From the NCBI RefSeq assembly GCF_009914755.1, contig NC_060931.1: a DNA stretch of 64,000 bases; one strand, written 5' to 3'. A model generated the notes under the pieces. The model was not told the DNA's origin and made no database searches. It saw only the letters and a list, made by a program, of their open reading frames with translations. Shown in pieces: positions 42,915-59,763 of this stretch. Every line of letters starts with the position of its first letter. Positions within the stretch are counted from its first letter, which is position 1. A program made the position numbers and the translations under genes. This stretch comes from the human T2T-CHM13v2.0 reference genome, Homo sapiens.

Positions 42915-43400
42915 AGTTGACAAAAGAGTTATATCCTATATACAGGAAGAAGTCCTACTACTCAATAATAAGAAGACAGCACAATAGAAAAACAGCAAAA
43001 GACTTGAGAAGACATTTTAAAATTGAACAAGATGACCTATAGACATATGCCATATGTCCATTTTATTAGAGATTTGGGAGATGCAGATAAAAACCACAAT
43101 GTGATATCACTGTATACCCACCAGAAGACTAACAGATTACCTTTTAACAGAATATTTAAAACAACCTAAATTTTCAACTCTGGGGGGAGGTTGCCAGACA
43201 ATGACACATTCCTGGTAGCAATATTGAACCAATAGTAATAAATGTTTATTTCACAGAAGAAAGGCTGAAAAGAAATATACCAATATATTAAAAATGGTGA
43301 TCTTTGGCTGGTAGGATTAGAGGTAACTTATTTCCTTTATATTTTTTCTCAAATATTTCAAGATTCATCACATAAGTATAATTATTTTTGTTTAAAAAAT
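42915..43400 (+). mobile_element. Old L1ME fragment
   Basis: atgcagataaaaaccacaatgtgatatcactgtatacccaccagaa. Confidence 0.55.
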
Positions 43401-46400
43401 TACATGTGCTACTTTCTGAAAAAAGAATGACCATTTTATCATTCACATTTTTCTAACTTACAAAGATATCTCTTTTTTTTTCTTTTTATGCCAATAGCCA
43501 ATTTGGGTGTCTCTGCAGGCTAGTTGCTGGCATGGAAATTACTTTTCAAATTAAAATTTAAAATGCATTATGAAACATTCTAAATGATTTCTGAAAGAAG
43601 AAATTGCATCTTAGTCAAAATAAACATTCTGATTTCTGTGTTGTAATTCTGAATAATAATAATCTCATCACAGAAATAAAAAGAAAATTGCCTCAGTCAT
43701 CGAACTGATAGAATATAGACAATGATAAACCTCATGGTATACAATAGAATTAGACAATTGATCAATAATCAATATTGTGCACATGGCCAGGGTTTTATTA
43801 CCATATTTTATTGGCAATAAATATTCTGTCTTGTCTTCTTGCAGGAAACAGAGAAGAAAGATAAGAATACAAAATTCATATTTTGAAAATTCAGACTCAT
43901 TAACTGTCATCATCATTGCTCTAAAAGAAGCTGAATGGAGTAATTCAATGGTGCAAAAGTCAAATCTTAGCTCTTGAACTGTAGCATTAACAGACATTTG
44001 ACTTTCATAAGTCTTCTGTGAGATGTTCTGACATTGACTAGTCCCTGCATTTGACAGGGGCCTAGGGCTCCCCAGAAGGGGAAGAGACCTTACTCAAGGC
44101 CCTCTGGCTGCCCGCCTGTAGAGCATCTCAAGACTGCACAATGATTATTTCCTGATTTGGTGGATCTCATGAGGCCTCTCTGCCGAGCTCCTAACTAGCT
44201 GACCGGTGAAGGGTGAGGATGCTAGCAGAGTGCACCAGCTCACAGACAAAACAGACTCTGCAGACTCACTGGACCACATCCAGGAGGGAGAGGCCATGGG
44301 CTTTGCCATGCACCAGAGGAATCTCTTAGTTCTGGTGGTAGGAGGCAAGAGAAGGGGTGAGGAGGGATGGAGGCAAAGTATTTTCCAAGATGATACGGAT
44401 GAGAATTATGAGTTTGTCCTGTGATCAAAAAGAAAATAAATCTGAGTGAAATTTTGGAAATAAAGATACATGGCTCACTATCCAATGTGAGATGGCAGGG
44501 CAGCCATTGAGGCTTCAGAGAGGGAAGTCAGATAGCTCCCGGCTCAGCTCAGTGTAATGGCCATGGCGGGGAGCATCAGGATCCTCCTGGACTCAGACCA
44601 CATTCTCTCTGGGAGGGCTTGAGCAGAGGGCTGCCCCTGCACATCCACTCTGCAGGGAGAATCAGCAGAACCCACGGTGCCACCTGCACATCCAGCAACA
44701 AGGGTCCCAAGCTGCTGCTGCATGCTTGTGATCTGCAATTCTGCTCACACAAAAAGATGTATAGGAAGGGTTCTGGTGAGCAGACATGGACTTTGAGCAT
44801 GGAACTCCTCCTGATCCTCTGATGCCCTCTCATCCTCTGGAGAACCTCCCCATTGCCAGCTGTCCTGCTGGGGTTTCCTGCAGATGGAGCTGCAGCTCAG
44901 GGACAAGGGGAGACCCCGGCAGTCGGAGCCTGTGGCATGGCCCCCACAAGGCCACAAGCTGTGGGCTGTGAGCTGGGCATTGTGGTCACTGTAGCCACCT
45001 GCAGGGAGGTAGCTTCCCCCTTGGCCAAGAGCAGAGAATGGACCCACTCTGACCTGGGGCGGTTGTGAAGGGTGAGCCGGCTCAGCCCTGTGTCTGCCCC
45101 AGGGATATACAGCCTTTGCCAGAGAAGACCCAGTGTGGACAGGGCATTGGTGTGGTGACTTTTGGGCCTAATGTTTTAATTCTTAAGTTGAAATTATGTT
45201 CTGTGATGTATAGACCTATTTATCTAAGAGATGGAGGCCCACAATTTTAGAGGCAGGGGATTTTAAAAGGAGTGAGAGATACCAGAAATAAACCACACAC
45301 AACTATTGTTTGATGAAGCCACGGATTGTATTTATCTCACATGTGCACTGCATTGAGAGAAGCCTGCAACAGACTGGGAGGCTTTTGCCCAGCACGATGA
45401 TGTAGGGCCCAAGCTCTCCCTGGCCTCTGGTACTGTGCAGGCTGCTAGAAGCTTACAACACAGCCACCCACAGGGATGTACTTCGTTGAGGAGAAATTCT
45501 TTAATTAAAATTTAAGACATGATCCGAGCAGGTATTTCTTAAATTCAAAATGACAATTCAACATTCAAAGTGAATGACAGAAAGTTACATACCTGTGTAA
45601 CTTAATGTCAGAGGGGCTCCTGTGGCACACAAAACATCCTGTTATCCTTGTATCCAACCTGGCAGTGTTGAATGTACCTGAGCCTGTGGTCCTGGAAAGC
45701 AGTGATAGATAAAGAATTGCTCCACCAACCCCTCCCACCCCCCTCCCCCATCCCCCTACTCCCTCATCCGACTTTTATCACCACTAAAAAAAAAGTCCCT
45801 TCCTTATGTGCCTTAGATGAGACTGGAGGTGCCCCTTGTTCACCTAGGACTGGGCCAGAGCCAGACCCTCCACATTTCCATCTTTGCTGCATAAATGCTT
45901 TGCTGAGTTGCTCGTGCCCACTGATCAGTCAGAACAAAATAATTTTTAACCCAATGTTGGTTCAGTTTCTGTCTTTCAGGCCCCTGCACCTCAGCTCCTC
46001 CTTAATTTGAACCGCTCGGGGGCCTCCTGAGCACATGTGACCTCAGGTCAAACCTTCTCTGATCTATGTCCAAACTTGCCACCCCCAGCCCATTTTCCCA
46101 AACCAGCTCCTTCTAGCCTTATTTAGTCCTCTCTGTACAAGAAAAAACGACTTGCCTAACCCTTGAGTTTGTTCTCACCAAGTCTGGATTTGTTTTTCAT
46201 GTGACAAACTTTGCTAATTCTATGGCCTATGGAAGCCCCAGCCTTCTCCCAGGTCAGGCCTGGCCTGAGCACGCAGTGCAGGGGGCACGGTGAAAACACA
46301 GGCTGCATACAAATGTCTGAGATAAAAATCAAGCTGTAAGTCAACCCAGCAAGCATTTAAATAAAACATACCCTCTTCTCACCTTCGCAAAGAAACCTGC

Positions 46401-47778
46401 CCAATGACCTGAAGTCCTGGTTTAGATTTAGAAGAGTAGCACAGCAACACAGGGGAGAACTGGCTCCTTTCCCTGATGCATGGGCTCAGGAGGCCCCTGA
46501 AAGGTCTGACCTGCAGGGGTGTGGTCACACAGCTCATGTGCCCTTTGGACCTCGGCTGGACACGGCCACACATGGCCAGCCCCCTAGAGGATGGGCCACG
46601 GGGGTGCTGCAGGCCGTGGGGCTGGCTCTGGTGGTGAGTAGGAATTCTGGGTTCAGTGCTCAAGCTGAGTGCCTTGGCCCACAGACTCACTGGCCAGGAG
46701 AGGGTGGGTGTCAGGGACAGTGGAGCCCACAGCAGGCACCAGGGAGGGGCTCTGAGAAGGGCTTTCTCCAGGCTTCTCCACCTCCTGGGCTGTCGGTCCA
46801 GGCTGTCATTGCACTTGTCATATTGACCTAGATATAAAACTCACCCTCTTTGAATTGCCGAAGCTAATGGATTTCCTCAAACAATCTTTTACCCCTGGAG
46901 ATATAAACAAGCTTTCACAGAGGGGCTGGCCAGGCACTGGGGATGGGAGGTTTCTTCAACATTGTGTCACCCTGGTGGTCAGGTCCTGCTGCTGGCCTCA
47001 CCTTCTGCCCGGCCCACGGGCTCCAGGTTCCTCCCGCTTTGCTCCTCCTGTGGTTGCCCTCCCTCCACTCCAAGAGGAAGACGATTCCCTTTGCTCAGCC
47101 CCATGTGCAGTATCTCAGGCCTCTCTCTCCAGGAAAACCCAATGCCATGAGGAGCTCTCAGGGGCTGTGGGGCTAGGGCAGGTGTTCACATTTGTCCTCA
47201 GGCACTTCCAGGGCAATCTTGCGAAGAGACGGCTTGGGTATGCAGGTGGGGGGATTTGTCCTGTTGTGGTAGAGAGAGCTGCTTTTCAGATTGTAAAGCC
47301 CATGCTGTTCCTCACCTTGAAACTCACTGCAGTCATGGGAAACCGTGTCTCACAGAGGAGGCACTTGCTCAGGCCAGAGAGGCAATGGCCCATCCCAGGA
47401 CCCTCGCAGCGGGGGTTGGGGCTGTGACTGAGCCAGCAGGCACTGCTCCCCTTCCCTTGCCCCTGGCCCTTGGCTTGGACATGTTCTTCCCCATTGGATG
47501 CCATAAGAGGATTTTATCAAGTTCTCCTCAGATCATTACTGGCCAATGCCTTAACCTCCCAGGAAGCCTCTCATTCCCAGGAAGCCTCTCATTCCCAGTC
47601 AGCCAACACTAAACCACATGCAGCTAATGACTCCCCAGATTTGGAATTACTCCCAGTCTGCTGCAGGCCCCACTTCCAACCCCACCCTCAACTTTCCCAT
47701 CTCATCTACCTCTGGAGAGATGATTCCTTTGGAGAAACTCCTGGCTTCCCACTTGATGGCTCCTTTCGCTTGGACTGA

Positions 47779-48080
47779 GTGATACCAGTGAGCTGGAAGA
47801 GGTCTCCAAATGCCAGGAGGACCTCACCCCAGCTGGTGTCCAGGCTCTTGACAACATTGCGAGAAGGAATTCAAGGATGAGTTATAAAGTAGTGAAAGTA
47901 CAGAGATTTATTGCAAAGCAAAAAGTACACACTCCAGAAATGGGAGTGCGGGCGTGCTCAAGAGACAGTCGTACCATGGGGTCTGGGGCTGCTGTCTTTA
48001 TGGGTTTCTTTAACCAAGGGATTGAATATTCATGAAAATTCCTGGAAAAAGATGGAGATTTCTCAGAACTGTGGTGCTGA
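47779..48080 (-). mobile_element. ERV1-type LTR 3' portion
   Basis: gaaggaattcaaggatgag...gatttattgcaaagcaaaaagtacacactc...gcgggcgtgctcaagaga. Confidence 0.65.
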
Positions 48081-50696
48081 CTTGATAGCATCACAGCCTT
48101 TTCTGTAACTGCAGCTGACTGCTCCATGCATTATTTCTAACTTATCATGAAATTTAAAAAGCAATAAACAAAGAACTTACCATCAACATGGCAAAGCAAA
48201 TTCATCTGTAAAACCCTCTTTGTTCCCATGACAGAAAAAATATAAAGTGAAAGAGGGAGTATAAGATACAGCAAACCTCAGGGTAAGATGCATGTATTTG
48301 GTGACAAGAAAGGAACACAATGAAAATCTAGTGGTGCCAGCTCCGTGGGTCACAGGGCTCCCATCGGGCATGCACTGTGAATGTGCTCTGGGCAAGGAGG
48401 GGACTAAGCCAGACATCCAGAGGCTGTGGGCTGGGGCTCAGCTACCACCTGCCAGCTGGGAGTTACATTGTCACCAGGGCCCTGAAGAGACTGGCTGCAG
48501 GCCAGATCTACAAGATCCCAGCAGGGGCTGGTGGAGACACCCTAGAGCAGGTGTTCACAGAAGGAGAGAGCAAGGGGGAGTAAGAGGAGAGAGAGTGAAA
48601 CAAAAATCCACCCACTCCAAGAAGCCTGCAGTCTCAAATTCCAAACCAGCTGGAGAGGCAGAGGTTAACAAATCCAGACGGCAAGTTGGTTAAAGTAAAG
48701 TTGAGGAGGTCCGTGGTCAAATGGACTCTCTTTTCTTACACTCCATCCATTGTGCAAAATCTGGCCACACTGCAATTTGCCTTGTATGTTCTTTCTAGTA
48801 CATAACATTTTAGCAGAGCTTTTCTTCCCCCTAAAGAGTGTTTTCCTATTCCATTCTGAAAGAGAGTAATGTGTTTTGTCCAAACCACTTCTACCCACTG
48901 AGCACCCTTCCCTCACCTCCCCCTCCCCGTGAATCAGCACTGCCTTCAGTGGGTCCCACTCCTCTCTGGACCTAGGGGTATACCCAAGGGCAATCAAAAT
49001 CCCACATTTATTGCTTCCCTCATTTTCAAGTAACTTCCTAAGAAAGGGTGCAGGAATGACTTCATTTTTGAAGCGCCTGCTTGCCTTAAAATACTTCAGT
49101 GGGCCCTCATACTTGATTGATGGTTTGGGGGCAGAGTTCTAGGTTTAACCTTATTTAGAATCTAGAATTACTAGGGAGCATCCTGATGCCCCTTTGGCTC
49201 TCATTCCTTTGCAGCTGAGCTGCTTTTTTCTATGAAAACTTCTAGAAACTTCTCTTTAATCCTTGACATTCTCACAGTCTATTAAAAATTCTGAATACGT
49301 GGGTCCATTTCAATCATTGTGGGTGCAGATAGGTTCCTTGTAGGATCGCCTGGTGGGAGCCCAGGAGGGGTAGGGCTTATCTGGTGCTACATCCACCATG
49401 CAAGCCTTGGAACTCCCAGGAAGGAAGGTCCATTTTTTCCAAGGAAGAGCCCTCAGGTTTTTTGCCATGGGGTAAGTAGCTCTCATAGGTGCCTCTCTTT
49501 ACACAGGTGTTGAGGAGTTGCTGGGGGCTCCACTTGCTCCACAGACAGCTCTCAAATGAACCCCACTCCTGGCCTCCACTGTTGCCACTGACCTTGAGCT
49601 CGGGAGCTCAGGGCAGTTTCTGGAAGGGTGTTCACTGTGTCTTCCTTGGCTCTGTCCATCTGTCCACTTGTGCCCTTCCACGTAGGTCTGTCTGTCTTAA
49701 GTCATCCGTAAGCTTGGAGACCCCTTTCCTTGCTTTGCTGCTGTGAGTTTATTCTTTTCTGTGCATTTATAGGGTCATTCACTGGGGTTTCAAGAAGGGT
49801 AAAAGCAAATGCAATATTAACTTTTAAATTATTGCTGGAAGCATAGGTAACAAAAACCCGTCTCTTTATTTTATATTTCTTTGCTTACTAGTGAAATTTC
49901 ATTTTTATTATATACTCACTAGTCATTTGTATCTCCTTTGGGACTTGACTCTCCATGTCTCTTGACAACTAAAGTATTTGGGTCTTAATGTTTTCTTAAT
50001 AATTTGTATGTGCTCTTTATATATAAAAAGTTGTCTACCTCTTTCATAATGTTTGCTACAAATGTTTGTTACAAAAAGTGTAATTTAAGAACGATGGACT
50101 CCAGGAGAGTAAAACGATGGCTGCCAATGTGCTCTGAATATTCTCTGCCTTATCTGCATTTGAGCTAGGACCACAGAGCCGTTCATATATCCCCTGGAAT
50201 TCCTCCTAAGCTGCTTGAGCACATCATTTTGAAAGCCTCACTCCACCTCCTTCTGATTCAGCTGAGCAATACAGAAACCAGATTAAACGTGGGTAGTCTG
50301 CATTGCCCAGAGAGAATATCATGTGTTCCCTTTAATTACTTGTTACTTAACAACTTGATCTATTTATGTTTATAGGAATCAGGTGGTGCCAATCTGGTTC
50401 ATAAAAAAGCCACTTGATGGAGTTCCATGTAATTGCGCATGGGCTAATTACATAAATCAGCTATTTGTGATCCAAATTGAGCTTTGGAAGCTGCTTGAAC
50501 TCCTTCGATTGTTCCCCACAAGCAAATAGAATACCCAGAAAGCCAAACTGCCTAAACTATTAGAGAGGTTGCCACATCATTACGGCCTGGCTGTCTGCCC
50601 TAAGAGTCCACACCTGAGTCTGAACAGCCTTCTATCAAGGTGGGGGATGCACTACCTTCCTCGCAGAGTCACAGGGTGGATTAAATGAGATGGCCC

Positions 50697-51076
50697 ATTC
50701 ATCAGCCTGCTAGGGCTGCTGAAAAAGTACCCCAAACTGGGTGTCTTCAACAACAGGAACTTATTCTCCCATAGTTTGGGAGGCTGGAAGTCAGAGATCA
50801 AGGTGATGGCAGAGTTGGTTCCCTCTGAAGCCTCTGGCTGTAGATAGCCATCTCCTTGCTATGTCATCATATTTTCTCCCCTCTGCACATGTCTGTGTCC
50901 TAATTTCCTCTTAATAAGGGTACCATTCATATTGGGTGCGTGCCAACACTAATGACCTGATTTTACCCTAGTTACTTCTTTAAAGACCCTGTGTCCAAAT
51001 ACAGTCACATTCTGAGGTGCCAGGGGTTGGACTCCAACCTGTGACTTCTTGGGGGGACACAATTCAACCCCTAACA
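50697..51076 (-). mobile_element. MaLR LTR (MLT1B-like) inserted in a MIR
   Basis: gctagggctgctg...aactgggtgtctt; ccaaatacagtcacattctgaggt; ggggacacaattcaaccc. Confidence 0.85.
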
Positions 51077-52194
51077 GCCTGTGGAATTGCTTAATGGGAT
51101 TTGGTGTGCAGTGTGTACACCATAAATGTCTGCGAATATTTTAGAAAGTCTCCTTAGAAGGATGATGTGAAAAACACAAAAGAATTATCAAGGTCCCTCT
51201 CTCTGCATCACAGCCCCCGGGACAATGGTTGTTGGAGGTTTACTCACTGCTGAGAAAGCTTGCCTGTGGCATTTGGGGAGATTATTTCCTCCATGTAATG
51301 CCCGGCCTAAATATTTGCTTTTCAGTATTAATCATCATGGCAGCTATGGAGAGTTTTGAAACAGAATCATCCAATCTTTCCTAAAAGTGCACCAGGCCAA
51401 AGAAGATACACTGGAAGATGTTATTAGCTCCTGAAATTTGGTAACAAGAAAGGCCTTTAAAGTCTCCAGGACTTTAGCTCCTTAACGGTGGGACTATGCT
51501 TTAGATAGAAGCTGATTAGTAAATATTGATTGAATGAATACATCCAGACAGAGTGTTTGGAATCTTGGCTCACCCTGCTCACCTCCCCAGCTCCCAGTCT
51601 GGTCTGTCTTCATCATGGGAAATGCTTGCTGTACTGGCCAGAATGAGCATCAGAACATGCAAAGAGCCCAGGTATGAATTCTGTTCTTGATTCACCCACT
51701 GATTTGATGTGTGATTTTAAGGCAATCCCTTTCCCAGCGTGAGCCTTGGTATTCCCATCTGGAGAAAGGGGTTTTTGGCCTCTGAGGGCTTTCTAGCACT
51801 GACTGGAGCTCTGAGAGGAGGATGTCCCATCTCAAGAGAGGGTCTCCTGCTGGCGTGTTCTAGCCAACACTGATCTTCCTGTCTCCCGCTCCTACCTCAG
51901 AAAGCAGAAGTGAGTGGGTGAACATGATACCCACTGGCTTCACAACAAGAACAGGAGTTGACTTATGTCCCCTTTCTATTAGGAACTTGGTAGTTGCCTA
52001 AGGGGCCAAAACTTTGAAAACTCTGGGGAAACTGCTTTTGAATAAATGACAGCTTTCTGATTTTATTTAGTAGTAAGAGAGAAATTTTCTTGTGAAACTT
52101 GAACTTTGTTTTAGAAGAGTCTGTTCAATCCACAAATGAGAAATCCTTATTTCTCTTATAAAAGCAACACATACTATGCTTCATAGAATATGGT

Positions 52195-52523
52195 GGTGGT
52201 GTGGGAGCTGGTTAACCCTGACTTACGAGAGCCAGATGCTAAATAGGCAGGAATTTGGGGAGCCAATTGTTCAACACACACACTATCAAAACTTAAGTTA
52301 TATAAATAATAAATAATTTTTAAAAAGGCAAAACACACTCAAACCTCATCACTTTCTAATGATTACATTTTAATATTATCTTGAGCTAACTTTCACATCT
52401 ATTGCATGTATAGTGGATATACCATGTAATGTACATGTAAGACTATGTGTGTGTGTGTCTCTTTTTCTCTCTCCCCTTGTTTTTCTGAGAGCTGATTGTT
52501 AAACATTTACCAATATACAATTG
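52195..52523 (+). mobile_element. MER63B-like hAT MITE
   Basis: tggtgtgggagctgg...cgagagcc; gagagctgattgttaaacatttacca. Confidence 0.65.
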
Positions 52524-52599
52524 ATTATACTACATAAAAACCTTACATCACTTTCTTGCTTTGAAACTTCCATTGGATTTTCCTTGCTCAGGAGAGAGA

Positions 52600-53120
52600 A
52601 GTTAATTTCCTCATAGTTCATTCTGGAATCTGCCCATATTGGCTTTTACTTCCTCCCTGAGCAACTATCCCAACATTTTTCCTTCTCTGTTTATACTCTT
52701 ATTCCAGTCCCATGAAATTCCAATTGAAATTAACTTCTAAATCTCTATCTCCAGCCTGGCCCTCTCACGCAAGTGCTAGTTGACTATTTGATATGGTATC
52801 CCCATCTGGATGTTTAATAAAAATTTCAACCTTTTTGGCCAAAAAAAAGTTGACTTCAAAGTCACCTTAGCCACTCACCCCCGACACGCATCTCATGCCA
52901 ATATATTGTATCACATTCACCATTTTCTTAAGCCAAAAGTTTAGGAATCATCTTTGAATCTTTTATTTTCCTCACCCCATATACAAAATTCATCAGCAAA
53001 TTCTACCAAGTTTATCTAAAACATGTATCCTGAAAAATGTCGTTTCTCACCATTTTCAATGCCATGTTTGTAGTCTATGTTATTCATCTCTTTTTCAGTC
53101 TTATTCATGCCACACTCTTC
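52600..53120 (+). mobile_element. L2 fragment
   Basis: aaatctctatctccagcc; aagccaaaagtttaggaatcatctttga; catcagcaaattctacca. Confidence 0.6.
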
Positions 53121-53355
53121 TTACTTCAGTGATTCCTTTCTTTTTTTTTTAATTATACTTTAAGTTCTAGGGCACATGTGCACAACGTGCAGGTCTGTTA
53201 CATATGTATACATGTGCCATGTTGGTGTGCTGCACCCATTAATTCATCATTTTCATTAGGTATATCTCCTAATGCTATCCCTTCCCCCTCCCCCCACCCC
53301 ACAACAGGCCCCCATGTGTGATGTCCCCCTTCCTGTGTCCATGTGTTCTCATTGT

Positions 53356-57239
<3,884 letters not shown>

Positions 57240-57302
57240 TACGATTTTAGCTGGTTATTTTGCTCGTTAGTTGATGCAGTTTCTTCCTAGCATCGATGAT
57301 CT

Positions 57303-58316
57303 TTACAATTTGGCATGTTTTTGCAGTGGCTGGTACTGGTTATTCCTTTCCATGTTTAGTGTTTCCTTCAGGAGCTCTTGTAGGGCTGGCCTGGTGGTGA
57401 CAAAATCTCTCAGAATTTGCTTGTTTGTAAAGTATTTTATTTCTACTTCACTTATGAAGCTTAGTTTGACTGGATATGAAATTCTGGGTTGAAAATTCTT
57501 TTCTTTAAGAATGTTGAATATTGGCCCCCACTCTCTTCTGGCTTGTAGAGTTTCTGCCGAGAGATCAGCTGTTAGTCTGATGGGCTTCCCTTTGTGGGTA
57601 ACCTGACCTTTCTCTCTGGCTGCCCTTAACATTTTTTCCTTCATTTCAACTTTGGTGAATCTAACAATTATGTGTCTTGGAGTTGCTCTTCTCGAGATGT
57701 ATCTTTGTGGCATTCTCTGTATTTCCTGGATTTGAAGGTTGGCCTGACTTGCTAGGTTGGGGAAATTCTCCTGCATAATATCCTGCAGAGTGTTTTCCAA
57801 CTTGGTTCCATTCTCCGCATCACTTTCAGGTACACCAATCAGAAGTAGATTTGGTCTTTTCACATAGTCCCATATTTCTTGGAGGCTTTGTTCATTTGTT
57901 TTTATTCTTTTTTCTCTAAACTTCTCTTCTTGCTTCATTTCATTTGATCTTCCATCACTGATACCCTTTCTTCCAGTTGATCGAATCGGCTACTGAAGCT
58001 TGTGCATTCGTCACGTAGTTCTCATGCCATGGTTTTCAGCTCCGTCAGGTCCTTTAAGGACTTCTCTGCATTGGTTATTCTGGTTAGCCATTCGTCTAAT
58101 CTTTTTTCAAGGTTTTTTAACTTCTTTGCATTAGGTTTGAACTTCCTCCTTTAGCTCAGAGAAGTTTGATCGTTTGAAGCCTTCTTGTCTCAACTCGTCA
58201 AAGTCATTCTCCGTCCAGCTTTGTTCCGTTGCTGGTGAGGAGCTGCGTTCCTTTGGAGGAGGAGAGGTGCTCTGATTTTTAGAATTTTCAGTTTTTCTGC
58301 TCTATTTTTTCCCCAT
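57303..58316 (-). pseudogene. L1 ORF1 (RNA-binding chaperone), disrupted
   Basis: atg ggg aaa aaa TAG (stop at codon 5); 211-aa C-terminal frame ...WDYVKRPNL...PLQKHAKL. Confidence 0.95.
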
Positions 58317-58890
58317 CGTTGTGGTTTTATCTACCTTTGGTCTTTGATGATGGTGACGTACAGAAGGGGTTTTGGTGTGGATGTCCTTTCTGTTTGTTAG
58401 TTTTCCTTCTAACAGTCAGGAGCCTCAGCTACATGTCTGTTGGAGTTTGCTGGAGGTCCACTCCAGACCCTGTTTGCCTGGGTATCAGCAGCAGAGGCTG
58501 CAGAACAGCGAATATTGGTGAATAGCAAATGTTGCTGCCTGATCGTTCCTCTGGAAGTTTTGTCTCAGCGGGCACCTGGCCGTGTGAGGTGTCAGTCTGT
58601 CCCTACTGGGGGGTGCCTCCCAGTTAGGCTACTCATGGGTCACAGACCCACTTGAGGAGGCAGTCTGTCCGTTCTCAGATCTCAAGCTCTGTGCTGGGAG
58701 AACCAGTACTCTCTTCCAAGCTGTCAGACAGGGACATTTAAGTCTGCAGAGGTTTCTGCTGCCTTTTGTTCAGCTATGCCCTGCCCCCAGAGGTGGAATC
58801 TACAGAGGCAGGCAGGCCTCCTTGAGCTGCGGTGGGCTCCACCCAGTTCGAGCTTCCCGGCTGCTTTGTTTACCTACTCAAGCCTCAGCA

Positions 58891-59352
58891 ATGGCAGGCG
58901 CCCCTCCCCCAGGCTGGCTGCTGCATTACAGTTCAATCTCAGACTGCTGTGCTAGCAATGAGCGAGGCTCCTTGGGCGTAGGACCCTCCGAGCCAGGTGC
59001 GGGATATAATCTGCTGGTGTGCCGTTTGCTAAGACCATCAGAAAAGTGCAGTATTAGGGTGGGAGTGACCCGATTTTCCAGGTGCCATTTGTCACCCCTT
59101 CCCTTGGCTAGGAAAGGGAATTCCCTGACCCCCTGTGCTTCCCGGGCGAGGCGATGCCACGCCCTGCTTCAGCTCACGATCGGTGCACTGCACCCACTGT
59201 CCTGCACCCACTGTCTGACAATCCCCAGTGAGATGAACCTGGTACCTCAGTTGGAAATGCAGAAATCACCTGTCTTCTGCATCACTCACGCTGGGAGCTG
59301 TAGACTGGAGCTGTTCCTATTTGGCCATCTTGGAACCGCCCTACTTCAGTGA
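58891..59352 (+). CDS. L1 antisense ORF0 homologue, C-terminally extended (153 aa); expression unknown
   Basis: MAGAPPP...ISDCCASN...GVGPSEPG...IRVGVTRFSRC matches ORF0; good Kozak context gcaATGG. Confidence 0.6.
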   Translation: MAGAPPPGWLLHYSSISDCCASNERGSLGVGPSEPGAGYNLLVCRLLRPSEKCSIRVGVTRFSRCHLSPLPLARKGNSLTPCASRARRCHALLQLTIGALHPLSCTHCLTIPSEMNLVPQLEMQKSPVFCITHAGSCRLELFLFGHLGTALLQ

Positions 59353-59406
59353 TTTCTAAAGAGAAGTCCAATCACGGCATCATGAATTGGGTATTTTCTG
59401 ACCCAT

Positions 59407-59763
59407 TGCAATGGACTGAATGCTTATGATACCCCTAAATTCATATACAATTCTAGCCCCCCATTCTAAGGGTGCTATTAGGAGGGGGGGCCTTGCGGAG
59501 CTGATCAGGTTATACATTCCCTCATGAACAGAATTAGTGTCTTTATAAAAGAGACCCCTGAGAGCTGCCTTGCCCCTCCCATGATGTGAGGACCCAGCTA
59601 GAAGCCTCCATCTGTGAGTCAGGAAGCAGGTCATCACCAGACATTAAATCTGCCAGTGCCTTGATTTTATGCTTCCCAGTGTCCAGACTGTGAAAAATAA
59701 ATTCCTGTTACTTGTAAGTTACCCAGTCGATGGTGTTTTGTTGTGGCAGCTCAGACTAAGATA
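59407..59763 (+). mobile_element. MaLR LTR (MLT1A-like) inserted into ERV-L pol
   Basis: tgcaatggactgaatg...ttataaaagagacccctgagagc...cagactaagata. Confidence 0.85.

Noticed and set aside
46855-47427. 190-aa plus-strand ORF
   Set aside because: Non-ATG start as called, composition typical of random GC-rich DNA, no domain or exon evidence.
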